From assembly GCA_964019425.1 (NCBI GenBank), contig OZ025792.1, positions 1,054,001 to 1,118,000 on the forward strand: 64,000 bases of DNA, read 5' to 3'. Position 1 is the first letter of the stretch. Each line of letters begins with the position of its first letter. The translations under genes and the position numbers were made by a program. Below the pieces are notes generated by a model that saw only the letters and a program-made list of their open reading frames with translations, did not search any database and was not told the origin of the DNA. This DNA is from Flectonema sp. DT1601 (Eukaryota). Of this stretch, positions 21,889 through 35,957 are shown piece after piece.

Positions 21889-24800
21889 ACTGTGTGGGTG
21901 GCTGTGAGTGAAGAACATGTAAAACATAATACTCAAATAACTTCGTCAATCAATTCTACTCTGATGAGGGGCATCTTGTCAATTGAAACTTCTGCATAAT
22001 TGTGATAACTGATGCAAAGATGAGAATAAGGGAACAGAAAAGAAACTACAATAACCAAAACACACTCAGCCTAATATAGGTTAAACGTGTAATCTAAGAG
22101 GATTATCTTTGTTAGTTCCGTGTTGATTATGAAAATCAACGTTATAAAAGGCAAAGAAGAGAGAAGATAAGAGAAGAGACACAAAGAAAGGATCGAGTGA
22201 TCGTTTCCTTAGCACTCCATGTTGATAACAGGACGGGCTCAACGTAAACAGCAGGAAGATAGAAGTGAACATTCACTACATGTGATCACATTCTGAAGAT
22301 AATAATGCTGAAGAAATAAACCTTATTAAGACCCAGGTAAGAATCGGTGATTAAGATAATCAAAAGAAAGATTGAAGTGAGGATGATTAACAGGAAGGAA
22401 CAACAAAGAACTCATCAAATTGAAACAGTTGACCTGTCGTCATCCTTGGATAAGTAAATAAAAATAAAAATAAAGATAAAGATAAAGATAAAGACAACTC
22501 ACTCAAGGCAGAGATAAGGAATCGCTAAACGCAGGCAACAAAGTCTTGGAATCAATAAGAATGCAAGATAATATAAAATAAAAGGAAAAAAAGAAAACAA
22601 AAAAAGGTTTGCCACGTGCAGCTGTGACTGCCACAGTTCAACATAGTTCTACCAAGTAAATGATTGAAAATGATCTACAAGTTGTTTAGTTGTCTAAATG
22701 ACCGAGAGAATCGATCCCTTGTTATTCCATGCTTTATCATACAAGACGAACGCCTGCTTTGGACACGCTGGTTTGTTCACAGTAACTTCGGTGGTCGACC
22801 CGAATGCGTATGTAAAGCCAGGAAAAGCTCACATGGTAACAGTTATATCGCTACCAGCAACTGTGAGACTCTCACAGACGATAAGAGACGTAGAATAACC
22901 TGGAACAAATGACTACCTAAACCCACCGTCCACGCGAGCAGACAGTGTTAGAGACGGCTGATAACGCCAATTTTCATCAAAGAGAGGGAGACCACGCCAC
23001 ATTAGATCAGAAAATATGAAATAAAGTAATGATAAGAAAGAGAAATAATATCATAAAAAAGTGCACTAAAACAAGATATAGAAAAAAGATGTTACATGCC
23101 ATAAAACACTGTGGAATACGTAGTTTCAGGGGGGCTAGCATATATTTGTTTTTTGATCAGCTGAGTTCGATCTCTTCTACTGCGGCTTGTTTTATAATAA
23201 CGAGTGCGAGGTCTCCTTCATCGGAGCTGTAGTCGTCTTTCTTACGCTTTTCCCAAGTGTTGGTGAAGATTTCATCCAAGGGTGTCATTGTACAGTCGTT
23301 ATCGTTATTATTATCCTGCAGAGTTTTTCTTAAAATCACGTGAAAACAATATTCTGGATGTTTAAAATGTCTGTCAAAATGGTCGAATGACAGACCTCGG
23401 TCTGTCACTACTTTGAGAATGTTTTGAAGTGATCACTCGTACACCAGCTTTGTTTAAAATGAATGCCAAAAGGAAAAAAAAGAGAAATGATTTGGGAGTG
23501 GGGCAACTTAGATATAAATCGGTTAACGCGTTAGCTCTAACAAATTAGACATCAATCATGCGAGTGGGGGCAAAAAAGAAATTTTGACAACGAAAAAACA
23601 GCAACGACTTTATTGCATTAAAAACAAAATTAATATCAAGTACTTGACTGAAAAGATATTTGTAGTTATTAATCAAAGAAAAATTACGTTTAGAAAAAAG
23701 AAAACAAGGGAAAACTATACTTTTTGCCTTATTGACCAGAAGACGTTATCGGATCTGGTAATTCGGAGACTACGTACTGCTATGCCCCGTAGTCTGTTGC
23801 AACTTACCCTTAAACAAAGTTAAAAGAAAAAAACAGTTCTTATTACAATCTGACAAGCGGCTTTTGTAATAAAAACAAAAAAAAGTATAACGTTTCGAGG
23901 ATATTCTAAAGTTCATTAATGAGGGCGTGGGGGGTGAAACCTTGACAATGTAAAAAAACGAAAATTGAAATTCCCGGAACAGTACCGAGGATCGTTCACC
24001 CCCAGTTGTCCAAAGCATTGTAATTGTATGGTGGGCTTACCGAAAGCTTTATAAAAGCACCACGAAAACTGGGCAGCACATCACTCAGCAAGAAATGAAA
24101 ACAAAAGGATCAGGCAAGACGATAATTAGTTTAAGGTCATGACGGAGTCGGACGTTTTTTTAACATAGAAAACTGTGGGAAAAAATTACGAAAAAAAAAA
24201 AAAAAAAATACTTCTGAGATGTTCGCATTTATTTTATCTGAAACACGTAGAATGGTATCACAAAACACTACACAAATAAAAAGTGCAGTTGATGTGACAA
24301 TAGCACTCGCAGCGTGATACGCGGAGTTGCTACCATGATATGATAGTCAAGAGAGGGAGAGAGAGAGAGAGAGAGAGGGAAAGAGAAAGAGGGAGAGGGA
24401 GAGGGAAAGAGAGAGAGAGAGAAAGAGCTTGTTGTATCTACTAGTTAGTTAGTGAGTGAGTACTAGAAATTCTAATCATCAGAAACTACAAAAGTATTGT
24501 TTTCAAGGGGAAATTAATCTTTTCTAAATCGTTTTGTTGGGAATGAGAGACATCAAGTAGTCTGAGCTGACCAACAGATCAGTAGCTAAACTGAATTAAC
24601 GACACCTTATGAGTAAGATGGAAATCAAATAACTTGCCGCGTGAAAACAGATCAATGCTAATTCATTAAAAGAAAATAAAAATAAATAAAAAGACATGGA
24701 GACAACATGAGTTTGTTTAAAAAAAAAAGTATCGAACTAACGATGATGAAATAAACAACAAGCCTAACTAAATATATTTGGTGGAGATGAAACAAAATAC

Positions 24801-25654
24801 TTTGTGGAGTATCACGGTAGTGGACTGAAGACTCATCGTGCGTTATCAGACTCGTCTGAGCTACAATTCCGGGGGAAAAAAAAAAGGGAGAGAAAAAATG
24901 ATTGGAGTAGTTCTAGCGAGGGTTAGCTCTTATGACGAACTTCTGCGAAAGCATTCGACAAGAATGTCCTCATTCATCGATCTAGTTCGATCCCGCCACT
25001 GAGTATTACAAGTGCGGGCTGGGCCCCCTCTTCATAAATCAGAAGTCTCTCAAGGTGTGAAGAAACACTGAAGAAAATAAAAATAAATAAAAGGTCGCTC
25101 AACTTTTTCAAGAACCCGAAGTTGAACCGCGAAAAAACGTTTCACAAGTATTCTTAATAAAAGACAGTACTGAACTACAACGACGATGAAACAAAAATGC
25201 TGGTTAGCAAATAAAAGGGAAAAAAAAAAACTGTAGGGAACATAAGGACGATTTTTCTAAAAACAGATACAGAGACAATATGAGCAATATCAAGATGTAC
25301 AAAAAAGAAACAAAAAGATACTAATCTACTATTCCAATCAATACCACCATTGGAATAGTTTCAGATATTTGAGTATGCCATCTCTCATTTCTCTTGTGTG
25401 GTTAGTATCTCTTAATTCATCTTTTGACTGTTATCATAGAGTTGGCTCTCGGACGTGTTTCTTTTTGTTCTTTTAGTATCAAGCGAATCGAAATCACCCT
25501 TTGCTTTTTATATCTTTTTCTTGGTCACTACCATGCGACGTATGAATGTCGAGGAAACATTAAAAAGGGAGAGCAGATGGAAACAAGATTAGCGTAAGAA
25601 ATAAAAAACTGAGAGTCTCGTTAAAGAATAAAAGGGAAACAACAGGAATATCAA

Positions 25655-28555
25655 CTAAATTTCAAATATCTCGGAATTTCTCTTCTTATCCAGGAATTCT
25701 TGTTTCATTAAAGAAAGCTCTGAAGAAGCTTCCTCTGTTGGTAAATTCCTCATCGTCAACACTGAACCAGAATTCGATGTCCTTGAAAACGAAGCCAACG
25801 GATGCATCGATGGCAACGGCGACAACGCATCACTCATCGACAATCCCAAACTCGATCTCATCGGCATTGACTCGCTTACTACAGAAGTCTCATCAAGCTT
25901 CTTATTCTTTGCCCAATGTCTTTGTTGTACTCGAGTTCGAATACCCTTGCACAGAATGTATCCTTCAACAAGAACATCAATTCCTGACTTAACTATTAAA
26001 ATAATTACCGAAGCAAATAGAAAAGTAGAAGCGACTTCGAAAATGTAGTGTCCGGTGTTCTCTTCGTAGAAACCTGCTGCCATGCAGAAAAGAGCAGCTG
26101 CCTGGAGACCGAGGAGGACGAAGTCGACAGTGCTGTCACGTGCTCGACAGTGCGGCCACAGAATTGCTTCGAGTACAAGGAGAATTAGAAAGAGAAATCC
26201 TTCAAAAAGTTTCTTGTGTCCGCACTGAATTAAAGTTCTGGTATTGAGAGACTCCATAGCACTGATCGCAAGCATCGAAGCAAACTCCACAATACTAAAC
26301 CAAACTACTTCCTGACGAAATGATCCAATCACTGTTCTGTAACGATTCACCCAATGAAGCTCAACATGATTGCTGACCCATTCTCCAGGTCCCATCAACA
26401 GTCGCTTCAATCCATAACGAGCATCGTCAGCGTACACTGCCTGACTAGGAACTCCCCTCCTGCATTCTATGAAGATAACTATTGGAACAGCAGCACAACC
26501 ACAACACGTAACAAATCCTATTATAAAGTGAAATGGCGTATTCGGGTAGCTCACAAGAGACATCCCACCTTGTGTCGTACCTTGGTATAAGAATTGGAAG
26601 ACGAACAACGGAGCCGAAGGAAATCTCAGTAATCCCTGAGTGTCCAAACCATTGAACAACTTTGGGGCACAACTCGTACCTCCCCGTTCTGCTATCTTTA
26701 ATATGAAGAAACACAATACCGCAAACCCGAATGATATCATCACATTCCCAGCCACCATTCCAAGCGCATAACTGTCTCCAATTTTCCACTGTGTCGGGTG
26801 TAGAGGTCGAGGGTACTCCCTCGATGAATTATTCTCATTTCCAGCACGGCAGCTTCCAGATATCGCAACCAACCGCAAGGCTGGTCCCGCTGATGCACCG
26901 GCTCCCAAAGCAGAAGCCGCCGCAGCTGCCGAACCCACCCCTTCAACGGTTTCCGCCGTCTTCTTGTCGATCACTGGTGGAACTTCTGTTGGAGGTGCAG
27001 CAGTCTCAGGCACGCTAGTGGAAGGAACAGGAGTAGGAAGTAACGGAGAAGGCATCGGTGTCGGAATTAATGTTGGAATTGATGTTGGAGGTAATGTTGG
27101 CACAGCGGTTGGTACAGCAGTTGGTATTACAGGAACGGAAGTTGGCACTGCAGTTGGTACAGCTGTCGGTATGGTCGTCGGTACGGCTGTCGGAACAGCT
27201 GTTGTAACAATTGGTCGGGCTGTTGGAACTGCGGTAGGAACAACAGTAGGGGCAGCAGTTGACACTGCGGTCGGAATTGCTGTTGGAACAGAAGTCGGTA
27301 CAGCAGTAGGGACAGCCGTTGGCATAGCAGTTGGAACAGCTGTTGTACCAATCGGTCGGGCTGTCGGAACTGTGGTCGGTACAGCAGTAGGGACAGTCGT
27401 CGGCACCGCTGTCGGAATGGCTGTCGGAATTACAGTAGGAACGGTTGTCGGCACTACGGTCGGAACGGCCGTTGGAATTGCAGTAGGGACGGTTGTCGGC
27501 ACTACGGTCGGAACGGCTGTCGGAATTGCAGTGGGCACAGCTGTTGGCACTGCAGTGGGTATTGCCGTTGGAACAGCCGTTGGTACTGCAGTCGGAATGG
27601 CTGTCGGAACAGGTGTTATTCTTCCGTAGATGCTACACCTACCAGGTGATTTTTCGAGAGTGTAAATAACGTCTGAGACTGCAATAATTTCATCAGCAGC
27701 ATTTGTTACGGTTTCGGCAATTCCACCGTCGAAGACCGGAAGAGTGGGACCGATACCGTAAGCTACTCCTGGAGTGTCTCCATGTTGACAGGTTACGTCT
27801 AACATATTACCAGGGTTAGTTATTACACGGCTAGTTAACGAAGTAGCCAATCCACCGAAGAAAGTATTGTCTCCTATGGCAAACACATATCCGTTGCAGG
27901 CAACAATGCGTTTGAGTCTGTTCACGTCGTTGAAATATGTCACCCCAGTCGTTTTACTGCTTAGTAAACCGACACCTGGAGTATTGGTTGAGTATTCTGA
28001 GATGAAATATATTTTATTGGTGGACTCGTCTACGGTAATCGATCCGATATCGCTGTATCCTACGTAGCTTCCTGAGCTGTCTACAGTTCCCATGGCAATG
28101 TCTGCCATTTCGAAGAAAACTATCCCTTTGTTTTGACATGCGCCATAGATAGTAGTTCCCTGAGCAGCGAGTTCAAGACAACTTCCAGAGTATGGAAATT
28201 CCATCGCATTCGCAGTGTCAATTATACCACCAGCAAGAATAGGAAATACATGTAGCTTACCAGGTTCAGCAGCAACCAAATAAGGTGTTCCTCCGATAGT
28301 TATTGAAGTAGCAGTAATAATGTTTGAAGTGTAACCCTTTATTGACATAGATATGCACTGAGAAGTTTCAGGATCAAACTGTCTGATTAGAGTATCAGAA
28401 ATTGAGTACATCCACTTGTCATAAACAGCCATTGTTCCTAAACGAGGAGTGTATCCAGCACCACCAAGCAATGCTGTTTTGTAGCATGTTGCTAATTGCA
28501 CCACAGTCAGAAGGATGAAAAACGTCCCCACATGCCTGAAGGTACTTGCCGCCAT
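25655..28555 (-). CDS. Surface multi-pass membrane glycoprotein, paralog 4 (~966 aa)
   Basis: Intact ORF, same architecture. Confidence 0.9.
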   Translation of the reverse strand: MAASTFRHVGTFFILLTVVQLATCYKTALLGGAGYTPRLGTMAVYDKWMYSISDTLIRQFDPETSQCISMSIKGYTSNIITATSITIGGTPYLVAAEPGKLHVFPILAGGIIDTANAMEFPYSGSCLELAAQGTTIYGACQNKGIVFFEMADIAMGTVDSSGSYVGYSDIGSITVDESTNKIYFISEYSTNTPGVGLLSSKTTGVTYFNDVNRLKRIVACNGYVFAIGDNTFFGGLATSLTSRVITNPGNMLDVTCQHGDTPGVAYGIGPTLPVFDGGIAETVTNAADEIIAVSDVIYTLEKSPGRCSIYGRITPVPTAIPTAVPTAVPTAIPTAVPTAVPTAIPTAVPTVVPTTVPTAIPTAVPTVVPTTVPTVIPTAIPTAVPTTVPTAVPTTVPTARPIGTTAVPTAMPTAVPTAVPTSVPTAIPTAVSTAAPTVVPTAVPTARPIVTTAVPTAVPTTIPTAVPTAVPTSVPVIPTAVPTAVPTLPPTSIPTLIPTPMPSPLLPTPVPSTSVPETAAPPTEVPPVIDKKTAETVEGVGSAAAAASALGAGASAGPALRLVAISGSCRAGNENNSSREYPRPLHPTQWKIGDSYALGMVAGNVMISFGFAVLCFFILKIAERGGTSCAPKLFNGLDTQGLLRFPSAPLFVFQFLYQGTTQGGMSLVSYPNTPFHFIIGFVTCCGCAAVPIVIFIECRRGVPSQAVYADDARYGLKRLLMGPGEWVSNHVELHWVNRYRTVIGSFRQEVVWFSIVEFASMLAISAMESLNTRTLIQCGHKKLFEGFLFLILLVLEAILWPHCRARDSTVDFVLLGLQAAALFCMAAGFYEENTGHYIFEVASTFLFASVIILIVKSGIDVLVEGYILCKGIRTRVQQRHWAKNKKLDETSVVSESMPMRSSLGLSMSDALSPLPSMHPLASFSRTSNSGSVLTMRNLPTEEASSELSLMKQEFLDKKRNSEIFEI

Positions 28556-31500
28556 ACTGTGTGGGTGGCTGTGAGTGAAGAACATGTAAAACATAATACT
28601 CAAATAACTTCGTCAATCAATTCTACTCTGATGAGGGGCATCTTGTCAATTGAAACTTCTGCATAATTGTGATAACTGATGCAAAGATGAGAATAAGGGA
28701 ACAGAAAAGAAACTACAATAACCAAAACACACTCAGCCTAATATAGGTTAAACGTGTAATCTCAGAAGATTATTTTTGTTAGTTCCGTGTTGATTATAAA
28801 AATCAGCGTTATAAAAGGCAAAGAAGAGAGAAGATAAGAGAAGAGACACAAAGAAAGGATCGAGCGATCGTTTCTTTAGCAGTCAATTAAAGCGGGACAG
28901 GCTCAAGGAAAACAGCAGGAAGACAGAAGTGAACATTCACTACATGCGGATCATATTCTGAAGATAATAATGCTGAAGAAATGAACCTCATTAAGACCCA
29001 GGTAAAAATCGGTGATTAAGATAATCAAAAGAAAGATTGAAGTGAGGATGATTAACAGGAAGGAACAACAAAGAATTCATTGAACTGAAACAGTTGACCT
29101 GTCGTCATCCTTGGATAAGTAAATAAAAATAAAGATAAAGACAACTCACTCAAGGCAGAGATAAGGAATCGCTAAACGCAGACAACAAAGTTAACTTAGT
29201 TAGTATTAATAGTTATCAGTCAAAAGAAGGGGAGAGGGCGGGGAAATTCAATCGAACGCAAAAGTTTGTAGCACAACAAAACTTAACTTAGTTAGTTAGC
29301 AAAATACAGAACGGATGACTACGAGGTCGGGTAGCCCACATCAGTAAGGACCAATCGCGAATATTGTAGTTTTACGGTTGATGGTTTTATATTGAAAAAA
29401 CTAGAATAAGAAAAGAGAAATGATCTGGGGTGGGGACTTGGATAAATAAATCAAGGTTAAAGCTCTGGGGGAAATTTGATACGATGCGAAAAGATTTACC
29501 TGGGAAGAATGATCTGGGGGAAGGTGAAAATAAGAAGGAAAAAGATTGTTCCATTTACAGCATCGTTCTTTATAATGCAACTACCAAGAAAATAGAAACC
29601 CCGGAACAGTACCGAAGACCGTTCCAGTTAAAGTTAGTATTAATAATTATCAGTCAATCAAAAAAAAAAAAAAAAGCAAAATCTCGTAGGACAACAAACA
29701 AGTTGGTTTAGGGCTAAGATTAAAAACAATCTTTCTTCGGACCATGCCCCTTACCCAGCCCTCTTCAGCGAAGTCTTAGTTAGTATCATTAATTTTAGAA
29801 CAGAAAAGTGAGAATAAGAAAAGTAGAGATTAGTAAAAGAAAAGTATTCATTTCTGCAGTTTCCTAACATCAAAAGGGTAATAGAATATGTAGTTTCAGG
29901 AGCCTTAATCTTATACTACTTATCCCTTTTTAGGGGAGTATTAATGGTTATCAATCAACTAAAAAATCAACAAAATTTTAATTAATGCAATTTGTTAGTA
30001 AGCAAAACACAGAACAGAGGACTACGAGGGGTCTGGGTAGCCCGCATCACAATCGCGAAGTTTGGGATGCGTAGTAGTTTTATAGCTTCGGCTGGAAGTG
30101 ATCGACTTCCAGCTCCCACCTTGCCCAGAGGCTAACAGGTTGTAAACAGCTTAAGAAAATAAAAGAGAAATGATCTGGGAGTGGGGGTGAAACTTTGACA
30201 ATGTAAAAACAGTAACAACTTTAGATATTAAAGAAAACAAAATTAATATCAGGTACTTGACTGAAAAATATTTGTAGTTGTTAATCAAAGAAAATTACCT
30301 TTAGAAAAAAGAGAAAATAAAAAGAAAAAATATAAAGATATAACTATATTTTTTTTCTTATTGACCAGAAAACGTTGTCGAATCTGGTAATTCGGGGACC
30401 ACGTACTAACAGGTTGAGCGTCCCAGGCCCTGTAGTCCGTTACAACTTACACTTAACCGAAGTTAAAAGAAAAAAACAGTTCTTATTCTAGCTAGTTCGT
30501 AGCACACGAACTAGCTAGAATACAGCTTAAGAAAATAAAAGAGAAATGATCTGGGAGTGGGGGGAAGGTGAAAAAAATAAAAAATCTTCTTTCTTTCATA
30601 TACATCTTTCTTTATAATACGACATGTGCCATGTGCACTCCACAAAAGGAAAATAGAAAACCCCGGAGCAGTACCGAGGATCGTTCACCCCCAGTTGTCC
30701 AAAGCATTATAATTGTACTGTGGGCTTACCGAAAAGCTTTAGGAATGTACCACAAAAAAAACTTGGGCAGCACATAGCCATATCACTCAGCAAGAAATGA
30801 AAACCAAAAGGATCAGGTAAGATGACAGTCAGTTTAAGGTCATAACTGCGCCGGACCAACGAGTAAAAGCATTATAATTGTAACGGTAAAAAAAAAAAAA
30901 ATAAATAAAAAAGATCTGACATGTGCAGCTGCGACAGCCATCAACCTTGTTCTTCTAAGAAAATCACCAATTACGAAAAGAAGAAGGAGATGCACAGATG
31001 TACAAGTAATCCACATCAAGAGTGAACCTGTATGGTATTCTCAACCTCCAATACCCGAGAAAATTAATAAATACATATCCGCAGAGAAGGCGAAAGCCTC
31101 CGTGAACGAATACAACATATGCATAAAGTGTATGTGGCGTCTGTGAAGTGTCACGAAACGTGATGCCATCCAAAGACTAACATTTGTATCAATTAAACAC
31201 AACTTGAAATTACGAAAGCCGATAGGACCTGTTTTCCGTACAAAGACAAGTCGCATTAAAAAAAAAGAAAAAAAAAAAAAAAAAAAGTGAAAATTTTGAA
31301 ACCGTAAAAACAGTAACAACTCTAGGTATTAAAAAAAAAAAGGATAGATAGATAGTATCATTAATTTAAGTACTGAAATGAGCATAAAAAATAGAGATAA
31401 GTAAAAGAAAAGCATCCATCTGCAGTTACCTAACATTTAGGGTAATAAAATATGGTCCCATATTCGCAGGTGTCATTGTAACATCCATATCAGACTGAGC

Positions 31501-31779
31501 TTTTAATAGCATCATATGGAAACTATGTTCTGTAGTTCGGTACATCTTGTCAAAATGATCGATTTTTTGTCTTTAAGAATGTCATGAATGATCATGGATT
31601 CAGATGAGACTAGCGCAACAATAAAGTGTGTCATCCTTGTTTTCGCTTTATGAAAAATAAGTGCTGGCTGTATCAGGATATTCGAAATCTGCCGGGTTAA
31701 CGAAGTACTCAATTTTCCTATTGAATTTGGTCATGCAAGCCATGTTAAGTACCTGTAGCGAGAACCAACCATCTGGTGA

Positions 31780-32960
31780 TGGTTTATGCTCTGAGTTGTT
31801 CGGTTTGAGTTTTAGAGATTCTTTATAGTATCGTTGGTAAGCCGAAAATAACAAGATTCAAGTACAGTAGGTTTAGAAACCTGCCCAAAATCAATCACAC
31901 ACACTTAAACTGTGGTGAGGGTAATATAAAAGTTTAGTGCAGATAGAAAATGAAGAAATAAAAAAGTAAACAAAAAAAAGTGGTTTATGATCTGAGTTGT
32001 TGGGTTTGAGTTTTAGAGATTCTTTATGGGATCGTTGTTGGTTGTTTTGCAGAAAACTAAAGTTAATTCTATCGATATATAATAGATAGATAAGGAAGTC
32101 CAATACATTGCGTACTGCGCATCACTGATACAGCAAACTAAAGAGCATCGGGTTAAGAAAAGTTAGTTAGTTAGCGAGTCCGACATACCATCGAGTACTG
32201 GTTAGATAGACACGACAGGGTGGAATGGTTAACCACCTGTGAGTCCCCAATACTACAACATTATGTAATCCCTGAGAGGATCACTTTTTTAGCTCCAGAG
32301 AGGAATTCCAATGTTCGAGAGACCCAAAAACTAATATCAAGAACTCGACTGGAAAAAAAGAAATATTTGTAGTGGTTACTCAAAGAGTACTAACCGTATC
32401 AGATTCTATAGCTCGTGTTTTACTAAGCCGAAAATAACAAGATTCAAGTACAGTAGGTTTAGAGTTAACCTGCTCAAAATAAATCACACACACTTAAACT
32501 GTGGTGAGGGTAGTATAAAAGTTTGGTGCAGATAGAAAATGAAGAAATAAAAAAGTAAACAAAAAAAAGTATTCATTTCCAAAGACTGCAACAATAAAAG
32601 TGACTCATCCCTGTCTTTACTTTATGTAAAATAAACGCTGCAGTTGATTCCAGATAATATCGAAATCTACAGGGTCGACAAAATAAGTATTCCTTTTACT
32701 TAATTCTGTTAGCAAGCCACTATCAGGTGATGGCTTATGATCTGAGTTGTTGGGTTTGAGTTTTAGAGATTCTTTATGGGATCGTTGTTGGTTGTTTTGC
32801 AGAAAACTAAAGTTAATTCTATCGATATATAATAGATAGATAAGGAAGTCCAATACATTGCGTACTGCGCATCACTGATACAGCAAACTAAAGAGCATCG
32901 GGTTAAGAAAACTAATATCAAGAACTCGACTGGAAACGGCGATGGCTTCTGCTCTGAGTT
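31780..32960. repeat. Local imperfect tandem duplication
   Basis: 31840-31980 repeats at 32425-32570, and 31981-32160 repeats at 32730-32910. Confidence 0.8.
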
Positions 32961-35957
32961 GTTCGGTTTGACTTTAGTCAGCTGCTGTATAATAGCAGTA
33001 AGAAATAAAAAGAATTGGCTTTATCTTAAACAACACAGAAGAGTTAACTCTGATGTTTCGTTTGCACAGCACCGGGGGGGAAAAATGGCACATCGGGACC
33101 CCACCCGTCACACCTTGTGAGCAAAAAATATGCCAGAAAGTAAGAAAAAGAGAAAGAATAACAAAAGGGTTGGTGGATGATAAGAATTTAAACCTAATAA
33201 CAAAAAAAAAAAAAAAAAAAAAATTCTGCAACAACTGATAATATATCAAAATACAACCTTACAAAAGACCTGTCGTAATATAATTCAGACAAAGTATAAC
33301 ATCACTAGTCCATTATTATATTCGTTACAGTCTTGTTGACTTCTAACTATCCCAAAAGACTAAAGCATTTATAACACAACAATAGCACGTAGTCTACAGA
33401 CTTTACCTTCTCGTTGTTTAGTTGATTTGTTATTTAACAAAAAAAAAAATTTTTAAAAAAAATACAAATAACTACAAGCTTATCAACTTCAAGAAATAAA
33501 CCCTTAACGACAACGTGTGTTTCCAGTGTTTTTGTTGCAACAAAAAGTTAGTCAGCTAGCAAAATACAGAACCGAGGAGTCTGAATAGCCCGCAGAAAAT
33601 CGCAAAGATTAGTTTTATAGCTTCGGCTGGAAAGTAATCGACTCCCACAATGCCAGAGGCTAACAGGTTGAAAAACAAATAGAAAAAAGAAAAAAAATGA
33701 TCTGGAAGTAGGGGGAAGGAAGGTGAAAAAAATTGAAAACCTTTGTTTATTCCATACAGAGAATCCTTCTTTTTTCGACTAAATGTGCCATATGCCCACA
33801 TACCACGAAAGAAAATAGAACCCCACAGTACTGAGGATCGTTCACCCCCAGTTGTCCAAAGCATTATCATCGTATGGTGGGCTTACCGAAAGCTTTATAA
33901 AAGTACCACAAAAACTGGGCAGCACATAGCCATATCACTCAGCAAGAAATGAAAACAAAAGGATTAGAGACGATAGTTAGTTTAAGGTCATGACTGCGCC
34001 GGACCGAAAAAGTGTACCTTACTTACGTAAGCAGCAGACATAAATTGAATAAAATAAAAAGAAAAATAGGGGATTTATTTTTTTTACTCCCAAATTTTAG
34101 TAAGTTATCTGGCAATTTTTGAGAGCAAACCTATTTTTCTCAAAAAAAAAAAAACATAAACGGGGAACAAGAATAACACTTATCCAAAAGGCTGGTAAGT
34201 GATTTGGGTATCGTACGTACTGCACGCATGAAGTGTACCGCATGAAGTGTACCATGCAGCGCAGCTATGTAGCTCCATTATAAAGATGTGTTCTACCACA
34301 TTGGTATTGATTGGTGTATCAGAGGATAAAGGTATCTAAATATTACCATATCAAAAAAATATAAGAAAAAAAAAAAGACAACACAAAGAGTCACTGGAAA
34401 GGTTGAGAACGTTATCAAAAGAAAAAGATCTCACTAAGCAATGCAACATGACATCACACAATTCATTCGTTGATCAGACATCAATGGTTTGATTATGCTT
34501 TGACACACTCTGACGAATAACTAACAAAAAGTTTATAAAAAAAAATAAAGAAGCAGACAAGAGAAAACGACACAACGAAAGGTTCCAGCGACCGTTTCTT
34601 GAGCACTCCATATTGATACGTAAACAGCACGAAGACACAAAATGTGAATCGCGGGTCACATAGTGAAAATAATGCTGAATAAATAAACCTTATTAAGACC
34701 CAGATAAGAATCGAAAAACCCGCAACATGACGGTCTAATTGTCCTGAACATTAATATACAAGATTTAAGATAAAACACATTTATTGTATCTCAAACACGT
34801 GGATGCCATTATCACGAAACTACACAATAAAAGTGCAGCTGATTTAAGGAAAACAAAAAATCGCTTAATCGCAAAAGAATCACAATGATAAACAACGGAA
34901 TCACAACGTCAACTTTATTCAATCTTTTCTAAATCGTTTTGTTTGAAATGAGAGACATCAAGTAGTCTGAGCTGACCAACAGATCAGATAGCTAAACTGA
35001 ATTAACGACACCTTATGAGTAAGATGGAAATCAAATAACTTGCCGCGTGAAAACTGATCAATGCTAATTCATTAAAAGAAAATAAAAATAAATAAAAAGT
35101 CGCGCAACCTTTTCAAGAACCTGAAGCTGAACCGCCAAAAAAAACACAACACAAGTATTCTTAATAAAAAATTGTACTGAACTACAACGACGATGAAACA
35201 AAATTACTATGGTAGTGAGTAAACAATAGAAGAAGAAAAAGGAACTTTGGAATCACTTACTGCTGCTAGACCCAAGATAACTGCGAACTTGATAATGCAT
35301 GTTGAAAGAAGACATTTAAACATCAACGTAGTCAGACTTCATTCATAGACCCACAGACGGTATTCATGAAGCGAACAAAAGGGAAACAATAATTGACCAA
35401 CGAAACTTCATTCTGCACATCAACTTATACTTTACGACCAGCGTCATAAAACATTCGAGGGAATTATAAAAAAGAATAATGGGCCAGCGAGTTTTTTTTC
35501 ATCTACTAATTTACAACACAGTACCGTCACTACTAAGAATTATAAAATAGAAGTCAATAAAAAAATCAATAAAAAGAGAAAACGATAACTCCACCGCAAA
35601 GTGTCAACTAAACAGAAACCCATAACAAAATGAACCTGTACTCTTGACCACTACCATGCGACGTATGAATTACGAGGAGAGATTAAAAAAATTAAAACAA
35701 AAGTTTCTGAAGAATAGGAATTTATAAAAAAAACTTAGGCAACAGCAGCCCATGGGTCCAACACGAGGTCACACCTTCCCCTTACCTCCAGGGTATTAAA
35801 AGGAGTCGTGTCCAAAGGGAAATGGGGAGTGCGACGGTTAACAATTCAGCCATAGTTCAAAAGCAACTCGAACCATCAGCGTTGATGCAGCAAGAACAAT
35901 AGTATGCAGCAGGCAGTAGGCAGGCAGTAATAAATCACTGTTGATGAACTGCAACAA

